Assembly (NCBI GenBank): GCA_944388385.1
Contig: CALXIO010000004.1
Location: forward strand, 20,226-84,225
Reading direction: 5' to 3'
Length of the DNA stretch: 64,000 bases
DNA from: an uncultured Ruminiclostridium sp.
GTDB lineage: Bacteria; Bacillota; Clostridia; Oscillospirales; Ruminococcaceae
The notes beneath the pieces were generated by a model that worked only from the letters and a program-made list of their open reading frames with translations, did not search any database and was not told the origin of the DNA. Below, in pieces: positions 16,039 to 24,943 of this stretch. The translations under genes and the position numbers were made by a program. Numbering within the stretch: position 1 is the first letter of the stretch; each line of letters begins with the position of its first letter.

Positions 16039-16052
16039 ATAAGTGCTTATAT

Positions 16053-16081
16053 ATTATACACTATTTTAGTAATAATTTCAA
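16053..16081 (-). promoter_or_regulatory. Sigma-A promoter of tRNA-Arg
   Basis: On the minus strand, TTGAAA, 17 nt, TATAAT with an upstream TG, about 15 nt before the mature tRNA 5' end. Confidence 0.6.
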
Positions 16082-16100
16082 GAGGTAAATAAAAATAAAA

Positions 16101-16141
16101 TAAAAATCCCGTCTTATATAGTATAAGACGGGATTTTTTTA
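16101..16141 (-). terminator. Terminator of fba (hairpin flanked by A and T runs, potentially bidirectional)
   Basis: ATCCCGTCTTATA - TAG - TATAAGACGGGAT, a perfect 13-bp stem, with A5 upstream and T7 downstream on the plus strand. Confidence 0.85.
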
Positions 16142-16152
16142 TCAGCAATAAA

Positions 16153-17016
16153 TTAAGCCTTGTTGATAGAACCGAATAATTCCATCTTTTCCTTAACTGT
16201 AGCCTTGATAGCTTCAAAGCCGGGTGCTAAAAGCTTTCTGGGGTCAAAGCCCTTACCGGAAAGATCCTTGCCTGCTTCAATGTATTCTCTTGTAGCAGCC
16301 TGGAATGCAAGCTGGCACTCTGTGTTTACGTTGATCTTAGCAACACCGAGAGAAATAGCCTTCTTTATCATATCAGCAGGAATACCTGTACCGCCATGAA
16401 GTACAAGAGGCATATCCCCTACCTTTTCCTTAACTGCTGCAAGTGTTTCAAATGAAAGACCTGCCCAGTTTTCGGGATACTTACCGTGAATGTTACCGAT
16501 ACCTGCAGCAAGCATTGTAACACCGAGATCAGCGATCATCTTGCACTCGTTGGGGTCAGCACATTCGCCTGCACCAATAACGCCGTCCTCTTCGCCGCCG
16601 ATAGAACCTACCTCAGCCTCAAGTGAAAGACCGAGAACGTTACAAGCATTAACAAGCTCTGTTGTCTTTGCGATGTTCTCCTCGATTGAGTAGTGAGAAC
16701 CGTCAAACATTACAGATGAGAAGCCTGCATTGATACAAGCCTTAGCGCCTTCAAATGAGCCGTGGTCAAGGTGAAGTGCAACGGGAACTGTGATATTGAG
16801 CTCCTCGATCATACCCTTTACCATACCTACAACTGTCTTGTAGCCGCACATATACTTACCGGCACCCTCAGAAACACCGAGGATAACAGGAGAGTTGCAC
16901 TCCTGAGCTGTAAGAAGTATTGCCTTTGTCCATTCGAGATTGTTGATATTGAACTGGCCTACGGCATACTTGCCCTCACGAGCCTTGTTCAACATTTCCT
17001 TAGCTGAAACTAACAT
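16153..17016 (-). CDS. fba: Class II fructose-1,6-bisphosphate aldolase
   Basis: MLVSAKEMLNKAREGKYAVGQFNINNLEW..., LHLDHG and HGGTG motifs of the class II FBA family. Confidence 0.95.
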   Translation of the reverse strand: MLVSAKEMLNKAREGKYAVGQFNINNLEWTKAILLTAQECNSPVILGVSEGAGKYMCGYKTVVGMVKGMIEELNITVPVALHLDHGSFEGAKACINAGFSSVMFDGSHYSIEENIAKTTELVNACNVLGLSLEAEVGSIGGEEDGVIGAGECADPNECKMIADLGVTMLAAGIGNIHGKYPENWAGLSFETLAAVKEKVGDMPLVLHGGTGIPADMIKKAISLGVAKINVNTECQLAFQAATREYIEAGKDLSGKGFDPRKLLAPGFEAIKATVKEKMELFGSINKA

Positions 17017-17104
17017 TTATTTTCTCCTTTTTACACTTTTTCGGCGGTTTTCCGCCCGTCCCTATTATTATACTACATTTAATTCATAATTTCAAGTAGG
17101 AAAA

Positions 17105-17134
17105 ATAAAAACAGGGTGAATATATCACCCTGTA
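17105..17134 (-). terminator. Rho-independent terminator of the abrB-like gene
   Basis: On the minus strand, ACAGGGTGA - 5-nt loop - TCACCCTGT followed by TTTTTATTTTT. Confidence 0.8.
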
Positions 17135-17144
17135 ACGTTATGTA

Positions 17145-17393
17145 TTATTCAGACATCTTATTTAGCTCAGCGAGGCAATCCGCACATATATTCTTGCCCT
17201 TGAACTGCCGGATATCGCTTGCGTTATTACAGAAGGAACATGCAGGAGCATACTTCTTGAGAATAATTGCATCATCCTCAACATAAATTTCAAGTGAGTC
17301 CTTGATGCTGATATCAAGTGTTCTTCTCAGCTCAATGGGAAGCACTATTCTTCCCAATCCGTCTACCTGTCTTACTATACCTGTAGATTTCAT
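17145..17393 (-). CDS. abrB: AbrB-family transition-state regulator (SpoVT/AbrB swapped-hairpin domain + C-terminal CxxC...CxxC)
   Basis: MKSTGIVRQVDGLGRIVLPIELRRTLDI..., then CSFCNN...CADC as in clostridial AbrB homologues. Confidence 0.85.
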   Translation of the reverse strand: MKSTGIVRQVDGLGRIVLPIELRRTLDISIKDSLEIYVEDDAIILKKYAPACSFCNNASDIRQFKGKNICADCLAELNKMSE

Positions 17394-17794
17394 TTTTCTT
17401 TCTCCTTTAAAATTAACTTTCCTTGCGAATGGAAGAATAATCTGTCAAAACTATCTTCCGATTGATATTTTACCAAATTACTTTTAAATTGTCAATCAGC
17501 CATTTTTCGTTAATTTTGGTTACATTTAAAAATCCAAAATTTACATATATTTACATTAAAGTTAATATTATTTTATTTTAATAGCAAAATTGAGGAATTT
17601 TGAACTTATTTTGTAACCATATTCTTAATATTTTACAAATTTAAATTGTTTTTTGTCATTTTTGTGAGTGAAAATTCTACTATTTGCACAAATAATTGAC
17701 AGTTTTTAGCTCTTTGTTCGTCAATTTACCTTGAACGATATGTTAAATAAAATATTGCAAGCATATAAATTTATATATATCAGAGGTTTTTACC

Positions 17795-18391
17795 ATGAAT
17801 TTTATAATTTTCTTTGCTTTTCTTATATCATTTGTGCTGGCGATATTAAGCGGAAGCACTAAGGAATATACTGAGGTACTACTCAGCGAATCGGCTTCAG
17901 CAGTGACTTTGTGTATAAACATATGCGGAAGTATTTGTTTTTGGAGTGGCATTATGAAAGTGGCGGAATCTTCGGGAATTGTGAAAAAAATAGCCAAATT
18001 GCTGTTTTTGCCCATAAGCCTGATTTTTAAGGGAATCGACAAAAACGGCAAAGCAATAGGCTATATCACATTGAATATAATTTCCAACCTTTTAGGCCTT
18101 GCAAATGCCTCTACACCCCTTGGTATAATGGCCATGCAGGAGTTATATAAGGAGGAGGGCTGTCAGGGTGTTGCTACTGACAATATGGTTATGCTGTGCG
18201 TTATAAATTCCGCAAGCCTGCAGCTTTTTCCGGCTACGGTGGCGGCTATGCGTACTGCCTACGGCAGTGATAACCCCCTTGTGATACTGCCGGCGGTGTG
18301 GGTAGTATCAATTCTTGCCTTTGCCGTAAGTGTTACTGTGGCTAAAATTCTTTCTAAGACATTCCCTTATAAAAAGGCGGTGGAAAAATGA
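17795..18391 (+). CDS. spmA: Spore maturation protein A (nucleoside-recognition / Gate domain membrane protein)
   Basis: Membrane protein of SpmA type and size, translationally coupled (ATGA overlap) to spmB. Confidence 0.8.
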   Translation: MNFIIFFAFLISFVLAILSGSTKEYTEVLLSESASAVTLCINICGSICFWSGIMKVAESSGIVKKIAKLLFLPISLIFKGIDKNGKAIGYITLNIISNLLGLANASTPLGIMAMQELYKEEGCQGVATDNMVMLCVINSASLQLFPATVAAMRTAYGSDNPLVILPAVWVVSILAFAVSVTVAKILSKTFPYKKAVEK

Positions 18392-18906
18392 GTATAAGTA
18401 ATTATATCGTTCCTGTAATGGTGATTTTAATTCTCGGGATAGCATTTTTCACTAAAACGGATATTTTTGACTCCTTTTGCAAGGGGGCAAAGGAGGGGCT
18501 AAATACAACAGTTGATATTTTACCTGCCCTTATAGGCCTTATGACCTGTATAGGACTTTTGCGTACCTCTGGGTTTACCTATATTCTCACCGGATTTTTA
18601 AGCCCTGTCACTTCCCTGCTTAATTTTCCGGATGAATGTACTCCCCTTGTACTTATAAGGCCTCTTTCGGGCAGCGGCGCTTTGGCGGTATTTGAGGATG
18701 TGCTTAAAAATAACGGTCCGGACAGCCTTCCGGGGCTTATAGCATCCACCCTTATGGGCTCATCGGAAACCACATTTTATACTGTGGCTGTATATTTCGG
18801 GGCGGTAAAAATAAAGAAAACAAGGCATACCATTCCCTCTGCTTTAAGCGGGGATCTCACCGCCTTTCTTACAGCCTCGTTTGTGGTGGGGATTTTATGC
18901 CTGTGA
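18388..18906 (+). CDS. spmB: Spore maturation protein B
   Basis: Membrane protein paired with spmA. Shows the LIRPLSGSGA motif region typical of SpmB. Confidence 0.8.
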   Translation: MSISNYIVPVMVILILGIAFFTKTDIFDSFCKGAKEGLNTTVDILPALIGLMTCIGLLRTSGFTYILTGFLSPVTSLLNFPDECTPLVLIRPLSGSGALAVFEDVLKNNGPDSLPGLIASTLMGSSETTFYTVAVYFGAVKIKKTRHTIPSALSGDLTAFLTASFVVGILCL

Positions 18907-18914
18907 TTATAAAA

Positions 18915-18947
18915 GAAAAACCACTTCAGAAAAGAAGTGGTTTTTAT
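18915..18947. terminator. Bidirectional terminator between the convergent spmB and ybaK genes
   Basis: AAACCACTTC - AGAAAA - GAAGTGGTTT, flanked by an A-run and a T-run. Confidence 0.8.
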
Positions 18948-18949
18948 AT

Positions 18950-19435
18950 TCAGTCCTTTACTATATCGCAAACATCTGCATTTGCCGCTTTGATAAGATC
19001 ATCCGGGGCAATAATGATCTGAGCGCCTATTCTGCCGCCGCTGATTATTATTTCCGGGTAATTTTTTATAGTGCTGTGGAAAACGGTTTTATAGTGCTTT
19101 TTCATGCCTATGGGAGTACAGCCGCCTCTTATATATCCGGTGACTGAATTTATATCCTTAACATGAATCATTTCAACCGACTTTTCCCCTACTGCCTTTG
19201 CCGCCTTTTTCATATCAAGCTCTAAGTCAATGGGGATTGCATATACATAATAATTTCCGGTTTTGCCTACGGTAACTAATGTCTTGAAGGTTATCTCATA
19301 GGGCTGTCCTAACATATCCGCAATATGAACCCCGTCAATAAATTCATCACATTCGTAGGTGCTTACCTTATAGCTTATTTTACTTTTATCAAGCATACGC
19401 ATGGCGTTTGTCTTGATGTCCTTTTCCTTAGCCAT
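18950..19435 (-). CDS. ybaK: Cys-tRNA(Pro)/Cys-tRNA(Cys) deacylase, YbaK/EbsC family
   Basis: Collinear with E. coli YbaK (TNAMRMLDKSKISY..., FKTLV, TGYIRGGCTPIG, ISGG). ATG 19435 lies 1 nt after the stop of the upstream lyase gene. Confidence 0.88.
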   Translation of the reverse strand: MAKEKDIKTNAMRMLDKSKISYKVSTYECDEFIDGVHIADMLGQPYEITFKTLVTVGKTGNYYVYAIPIDLELDMKKAAKAVGEKSVEMIHVKDINSVTGYIRGGCTPIGMKKHYKTVFHSTIKNYPEIIISGGRIGAQIIIAPDDLIKAANADVCDIVKD

Positions 19436-19436
19436 A

Positions 19437-20702
19437 TCACTTATCCTCACTAAGCATTTTTTCAACAGCCCTGTAGCCCATTTCATGTACCTGCTTTAAA
19501 GCCTCGCAGTTGCTGTTTTCAAGAAACATTTTACAACGTTCCTTGTCTGCTGTCAATGTGTCTATACATTTTTCTCTGAAGGCTTTTACCGTATTTATCA
19601 TCAGCTTAAGACTGTCAAGCAGGCTTTCTGCTATAAGGGGCATAAAGGCATTAAGCTCAAGGTTTCCGGCAGAGGCACAGTAGGAAATTGCATAGTCGTT
19701 TGCCATAACCTTAACTGCCGCCTGTATGGTCATTTCGGGAATAACCGGGTTTATTTTTCCCGGCATGGCACTGCTTCCTACCTGCATGGGCTTTAAATGT
19801 ATCTCCCCTAAGAAATTGCTGTTCATAAGCCTTAAATCATTGGATATTTTAATAAGGCTTACCGCTAAGGCTTTTACAAGGCCGTGTACCTCGGTAAATA
19901 CATCACAGTTCTGAGTAATATCCATGGGATATTCTGCCCTTGCAAGTCCTATACCGCTGTATTCCCTTATAAGCTCGGTTATCTTAAAGGCGAATTTCTT
20001 ATTGCCGATTTTACCTATTGAGCCGCTTCCGATATTGGTAAAACGAAGTCGCTCCTCGGATTTATATAACCTCCACCTGTCCCTTGCAATACTCTGGGAA
20101 TAGGCGGCAAATTCATCCCCCAAAGATACCTCCATAGCATCCATAAGCTCGGTTCTGCCGGGCTTTTTTATGCCCTCATATTCCTGCTCCTTTTTCTGCA
20201 AGGACTCCTGAAGCCTTGCACATTCGTCGCTTAGCTGTCTTATCAGCTTTATTGCCGCTATTCTGAGGGCAGTAGGATAAATATCATTGGTGGACTGATT
20301 TAAATTAACATGGTCAAAGGGGTCAAGCACAGAATAATTTCCCGGCTTTTCTCCCATAAGAGTAAGGGCAAGGTTACATACCACCTCATTAACGTTCATA
20401 TTTGTTGAGGTACCTGCACCGCCCTGTAGACAATCTGTTGGGAAAATTTCGTAATTTATATCCTCAGACAAAAGCCGGTCACAGACCTGTGCTATATAAT
20501 CCGCCTTGCTTGCATCAAGAACGCCTGCATGGGCATTTGCCCTTGCCGCCGCCTTTTTAAGCATGATTATTTCCCTTAAAAGCTCCTTATGTACCCTTTT
20601 GCCGCTTATGTTGAAATTTTCATTTGCCCGTACGGTATTGATACCGAAAAGGCAGTCATCCTCAAGATTAACCTCTCCTGTAATATCCTTTTCAGTACGC
20701 AT
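19437..20702 (-). CDS. Lyase class I family protein, aspartate ammonia-lyase / fumarase-like
   Basis: Signature GSSAMPGKINPV (aspartase/fumarase SS loop), TNMNVNEV and STNDIYPT motifs. It lies 3 nt downstream of hydF. Confidence 0.85.
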   Translation of the reverse strand: MRTEKDITGEVNLEDDCLFGINTVRANENFNISGKRVHKELLREIIMLKKAAARANAHAGVLDASKADYIAQVCDRLLSEDINYEIFPTDCLQGGAGTSTNMNVNEVVCNLALTLMGEKPGNYSVLDPFDHVNLNQSTNDIYPTALRIAAIKLIRQLSDECARLQESLQKKEQEYEGIKKPGRTELMDAMEVSLGDEFAAYSQSIARDRWRLYKSEERLRFTNIGSGSIGKIGNKKFAFKITELIREYSGIGLARAEYPMDITQNCDVFTEVHGLVKALAVSLIKISNDLRLMNSNFLGEIHLKPMQVGSSAMPGKINPVIPEMTIQAAVKVMANDYAISYCASAGNLELNAFMPLIAESLLDSLKLMINTVKAFREKCIDTLTADKERCKMFLENSNCEALKQVHEMGYRAVEKMLSEDK

Positions 20703-20705
20703 AAA

Positions 20706-21914
20706 TTACTCCTTATCAAGCAAGGAATGAATGTAAGGAAATGGCTCTACACTCCGCTTTAATATACCCTGCATATAGGCTATTGCTATGCCGTAATTTG
20801 TCATGGGTATACCCTCCGCCTTTGCACAGGCAAGGCGGTATTTCATTTCCTTTTCACCAAGCATACATCCCCCACAATGTACTATCAGCTTATAGGGGCT
20901 TAAATCCTCTGCAAAGCTGCCGCCGGAGGTAAACTCAAAGGTTATGTCCTTACCGGTGTATTCCTTTATCCACCTTGGGATTTTTACCGTTCCTATATCG
21001 TCACATTGTCTGTGGTGGGTACATCCCTCGGAAATAAGCACCTTATCCCCGTCTTGTAATGTATCAAGGGCGGTAACTCCCAAAACATTGGTTTCAAGAT
21101 CTCCCTTGTACCTTGCCATAAGAATAGAAAAGGAGGTAAGCTGAATATCGGTGGGTACATCCGCTGAAACCTTGGCAAATACCTGACTGTCGGTAATAAC
21201 TATACGGGGCTTTTTATTAAGGCTTGAAAGGGTGTCACGAAGCTCATATTCCTTGCACACTACGGCTGTGGCATCCGCCTCTAATATATCCCTTATAGTC
21301 TGCTGCTGAGGTAAAATAAGTCTGCCCTTTGGGGCGGCCTTATCTATGGGTACAACAAGCACCGCTAAATCCCCGGGGGATAATAAATCAGCGCAGATAC
21401 AAAGGGAATTGTCCTTGACTTCTACCCTTCCTGCCATCATTTCCTTCAGCATATTTATACCTGTGCCGTCAATGGCATCGGTATAGATAACATTTTCGCC
21501 GGAAACCTCCCTTTTATCCGTAAGGGAGCATTTATTCATAACAATAATATAGGGGATTTTAAATTCTTCAAGCTGTGATTTAATATTCTTATCAAAGTCG
21601 CTTATACCCTTTGTGGAGTCTATTACAAGCAGGGCAATATCCGACTGAAGCATTACCCTTTTAGCCTTTGCTACTCTCATTCCTCCAAGCTCCCCCACAT
21701 CATCAAGTCCGGGGGTGTCGGTTATAAGCACAGGGCCTAAGGGCAGTAATTCCATAGCCTTTGAAACAGGGTCGGTGGTGGTACCCGCCGTATCGGATAC
21801 CACCGCTAAGGACTGGCCTGTAACTGCATTTATAATGCTGGATTTTCCGGCATTTCTCATGCCGAAAATTCCTATTCTTATACGCTCGGAATTAGGTGTA
21901 TCGTTAAGTCCCAT
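20706..21914 (-). CDS. hydF: [FeFe]-hydrogenase H-cluster maturation GTPase HydF
   Basis: GMRNAGKSS P-loop, DTPG, and the C-terminal cluster motif CTHHRQC ... HCGGC. Confidence 0.93.
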   Translation of the reverse strand: MGLNDTPNSERIRIGIFGMRNAGKSSIINAVTGQSLAVVSDTAGTTTDPVSKAMELLPLGPVLITDTPGLDDVGELGGMRVAKAKRVMLQSDIALLVIDSTKGISDFDKNIKSQLEEFKIPYIIVMNKCSLTDKREVSGENVIYTDAIDGTGINMLKEMMAGRVEVKDNSLCICADLLSPGDLAVLVVPIDKAAPKGRLILPQQQTIRDILEADATAVVCKEYELRDTLSSLNKKPRIVITDSQVFAKVSADVPTDIQLTSFSILMARYKGDLETNVLGVTALDTLQDGDKVLISEGCTHHRQCDDIGTVKIPRWIKEYTGKDITFEFTSGGSFAEDLSPYKLIVHCGGCMLGEKEMKYRLACAKAEGIPMTNYGIAIAYMQGILKRSVEPFPYIHSLLDKE

Positions 21915-21928
21915 TTCTATCCTTTCTA

Positions 21929-23347
21929 TCAGAAGCGGAAATCTCTCTGTCCGTTCTTGATATTCTCAATATATTCCATAGCTATCTGTCTTACCTTATC
22001 CTTGGGGATATTCTTAAGCTCTCTTTCAATAAGCTCGTTGCCTATTCTCTTAGTATCCTCGCTTGCATAGTCCTCAAGGTATTCCTTTAAGGTCATAAGT
22101 GCATTGGGATGACAGCAGTTCTGAATCTGTCCTGCCTTGCAAAGACTCATGAAGCGGTCACCTGTTCTGCCCTCACGGTAGCAAGCTGTACAGAATGAGG
22201 GAATGTAGCCAAGTCTCATAAGCCAGTTTACTACCTGGTCAAGGGTTCTTCTGTCGGATAACTCAAACTGTGCTGAGTTTTCCTCCTCCTCTTCCTCCTC
22301 AACATATCCGCCTACGCTGGTTCTTGAACCGCCGCTTATCTGGGAAATACCAAGGCCAAGCACTCTTTCACGGCTTGCCTGACTTTCTCTTGTGGAAACG
22401 ATCATACCTGTATAGGGTACTGCAATACGAAGACAGGCTACTATCTTTGCAAAGGTATCATCGGAAATACCGTTGTCAAATTCATCAGGGTCAATGTCAT
22501 CCGCCCTTCTTACTCTGGGTACGGAAATTGTATGAGGACCTACACCGTGTACCGCTTCAAGGTGTTCGGCGTGCATTAAAAGTCCTGCAAATTCATATCT
22601 GTAAAGCTCAAGTCCGAACAGTGCGCCGATACCTACATCATCAATACCGCCCTCCATGGCTCTGTCCATAGCCTCTGTATGATAAGCGTAATTGTGCTTG
22701 GGGCCTGTGGGGTGAAGTCTTTCATAGCTTTCCTTGTGGTAGGTTTCCTGGAAAAGAATATATGTACCTATTCCTGCTTCCTTCAGCTTGCGGTAATCCT
22801 CTACCGTGGTAGCCGCAATATTTACATTTACTCTGCGGATAGCACCGTTCTTGTGCTTGATTGAATAAATGGTCTTGATGCTTTCAAGGATATATTCAAG
22901 GGGGTTATTCACAGGGTCCTCGCCTGCCTCAATGGCAAGTCTTTTGTGACCCATATCCTGTAATGCGATAACCTCAGCCTTTATTTCCTCCTGGGTGAGC
23001 TTTTTACGGCAGATGTGCTTGTTCTTTGCGTGGTAGGGACAGTAAAGACATCCGTTTACGCAGTAGTTGGAAAGATAAAGGGGAGCAAACATAACGATTC
23101 TGTTGCCGTAGAAATCCTGCTTTATCTGCTTTGCAAGGGCGTAGATTTCCTCGTTCTTTTCGGGAATATCACAGTCAAGCAAAACTGCCGCATCTCTGTG
23201 GGAAAGTCCCTTTCTTTCCTTTGCCTTTGCGATTATGCTGTCAATAAGCTCAACGTTGTGCTTGTTCTTTTCGGCATAATCAAGGGTTTCCATAATTTCC
23301 TCATGGCTTATAAATTCTTCAGCCTTCATTGACTTGGGATTGTACAT
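21929..23347 (-). CDS. hydG: [FeFe]-hydrogenase maturase HydG (radical SAM tyrosine lyase)
   Basis: Radical SAM motif CVNGCLYC and the C-terminal auxiliary cluster motif CTACYREGRTGDRFMSLCKAGQIQNCC. Confidence 0.93.
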   Translation of the reverse strand: MYNPKSMKAEEFISHEEIMETLDYAEKNKHNVELIDSIIAKAKERKGLSHRDAAVLLDCDIPEKNEEIYALAKQIKQDFYGNRIVMFAPLYLSNYCVNGCLYCPYHAKNKHICRKKLTQEEIKAEVIALQDMGHKRLAIEAGEDPVNNPLEYILESIKTIYSIKHKNGAIRRVNVNIAATTVEDYRKLKEAGIGTYILFQETYHKESYERLHPTGPKHNYAYHTEAMDRAMEGGIDDVGIGALFGLELYRYEFAGLLMHAEHLEAVHGVGPHTISVPRVRRADDIDPDEFDNGISDDTFAKIVACLRIAVPYTGMIVSTRESQASRERVLGLGISQISGGSRTSVGGYVEEEEEEENSAQFELSDRRTLDQVVNWLMRLGYIPSFCTACYREGRTGDRFMSLCKAGQIQNCCHPNALMTLKEYLEDYASEDTKRIGNELIERELKNIPKDKVRQIAMEYIENIKNGQRDFRF

Positions 23348-23373
23348 GGTTTTAATTTCCTTTCAAAAATAAA

Positions 23374-24429
23374 TTATCTGTGCAGAATGTGATCTCCCCT
23401 GGAAATAACCGCCTTATAGCCGGCATTTTCCACCATTCTGCGTACCTGCTCAACGCACTGGGCGGATTCGTCCCCCAGGGCTATTTTATTATCATAAAGC
23501 AAATATTTTTTTCTTACCGTCACGGGAGATAAATTTGGCATAAGTACATTTGCCCCGCATTTAAGCCCCTTTTGTCTGCCGTCGCTGTCGGCTGTGCCAA
23601 GAGCAGTAGTGGCAGGAAGTAAGCAGGTTGGAAGGGCAAGTCTTACAAGGGCAAGCATAAATAACGTTAGCTCTACGCTGCCCTTTTTTTCTTGCTTAAA
23701 GGGTGTGGCATGGTGTGGGATAAAAGGCCCTATCCCCACCATTTCCGGTTTTAGTTTTTCTAAAAAAAGCATATCATCAGCAAGATTTTCTACTGTCTGG
23801 TATGGTGAGCCCACCATAAAGCCGGCTCCCGTCTGAAAGCCGATTTCCTTTAAGTTAAACAGACATTCCTGCCGGAATTGTCCGCTTAAATTTGCCGGGT
23901 GCAGCTTTGAATAGTGGCTTAAATCCGCAGTTTCATGCCGCAAAAGATACCTGTCAGCCCCTGCATCAAAATACCTCTGATAGCTTTCCTTTGATTTTTC
24001 TCCTATTGATAAGGTCACCGCACATTGGGAGAATTTTTCCTTTATTGTCCTTACTATATCGCAGATAATTTCATCGGTATAGTGCATATCCTCCCCACCC
24101 TGTAAAACAAAGGTGCGAAAGCCCAAGGAGTAGCCCTCCTCACAGCAAAGCAATATATCCTCCTTTGAAAGCCTGTATCTTTCCGCTTCCCTGTTTGAAC
24201 AGCGAAGTCCGCAGTAATAACAGTCATTTTTACAGTAGGAGGTAAATTCAATAAGACCTCTTAAATATACATCCTTACCGTAATTTTCCTGCCTTACCTT
24301 ATCGGAAAGTGTAAAGAGATATTCTCTTAACTGCGTATTATCAAAGGCTTTTATAAGGGTTATATATTCCTTTTTTTCAAGGTGATTTTCAAGGTGTAGC
24401 TTATCAACAAGTGATATTAAGTTATTCAT
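23374..24429 (-). CDS. hydE: [FeFe]-hydrogenase maturase HydE (radical SAM)
   Basis: Radical SAM motif CKNDCYYC with BioB-like length and layout. I prefer ATG 24429 (MNNLISL...), which overlaps the upstream stop by 8 nt, over the track start at 24477. Confidence 0.9.
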   Translation of the reverse strand: MNNLISLVDKLHLENHLEKKEYITLIKAFDNTQLREYLFTLSDKVRQENYGKDVYLRGLIEFTSYCKNDCYYCGLRCSNREAERYRLSKEDILLCCEEGYSLGFRTFVLQGGEDMHYTDEIICDIVRTIKEKFSQCAVTLSIGEKSKESYQRYFDAGADRYLLRHETADLSHYSKLHPANLSGQFRQECLFNLKEIGFQTGAGFMVGSPYQTVENLADDMLFLEKLKPEMVGIGPFIPHHATPFKQEKKGSVELTLFMLALVRLALPTCLLPATTALGTADSDGRQKGLKCGANVLMPNLSPVTVRKKYLLYDNKIALGDESAQCVEQVRRMVENAGYKAVISRGDHILHR

Positions 24430-24706
24430 CGTTTTTCTCTTCCGGCAGCTTATGATATACCGCCTTTGCGGTAACACCCTTCAAAGCCCCCAGCTTTCCT
24501 GACAGGGTGCTTATAACATTCTGAGGTGCATCAATAGCTACGCTTATAAGGGATACGCCTGCCTTTTCATAGGGTACTCCCATTCTGCCTATAATATAGC
24601 CGGCACATTCGTGTAAAAGGCTGTTCAGCTTCTGCACCGAATCCGGCTCACTTACCACAATAGCAATAAGTGCTACTCTTGTAGGCTGGTTTGACAAAAT
24701 CACCAA
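24422..24706 (-). CDS. TM1266-family small ACT-like protein (putative iron-only hydrogenase system regulator)
   Basis: It is about 90 aa and is the first gene of the hydEGF operon. The pattern ALIAIVVSEPDSVQKLNSLLHE...IIGRMGVPY...VSLISVAIDAP matches my recollection of the family. Start codon uncertain (TTG 24706 or GTG 24703). Confidence 0.7.
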   Translation of the reverse strand: MVILSNQPTRVALIAIVVSEPDSVQKLNSLLHECAGYIIGRMGVPYEKAGVSLISVAIDAPQNVISTLSGKLGALKGVTAKAVYHKLPEEKNDE

Positions 24707-24713
24707 TCCTTTC

Positions 24714-24745
24714 CTAAAAAATACGGCTGTGCCAAGGCACAGCCG
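24714..24745 (-). terminator. Intrinsic terminator inside the 5' leader of the hyd operon (attenuator candidate)
   Basis: On the minus strand, CGGCTGTGCC - TT - GGCACAGCCG followed by TATTTTTT, lying between the promoter and the RBS AGGAAAGGA. Confidence 0.7.
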
Positions 24746-24914
24746 GTAGTTACAGAAAAATTTCAGCTTGCCTTTCTTCTCAGAAAACCTTCAAAGTCAG
24801 TACATAATGCCTTATCCATATTGTTTGGTGAAAGAAAAACCTCGCACCGCACAGGCCTTAATAAAAGATAAGGCATTTTTGAATATAAGACAAATAAAAT
24901 ATTCCTATGTAATA

Positions 24915-24943
24915 ATTTTAACATATATCCCTCAATAAGTCAA
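24915..24943 (-). promoter_or_regulatory. Sigma-A type promoter of the hyd operon
   Basis: On the minus strand, TTGACT, 17 nt, TAAAAT. This predicts a leader of roughly 200 nt. Confidence 0.55.
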
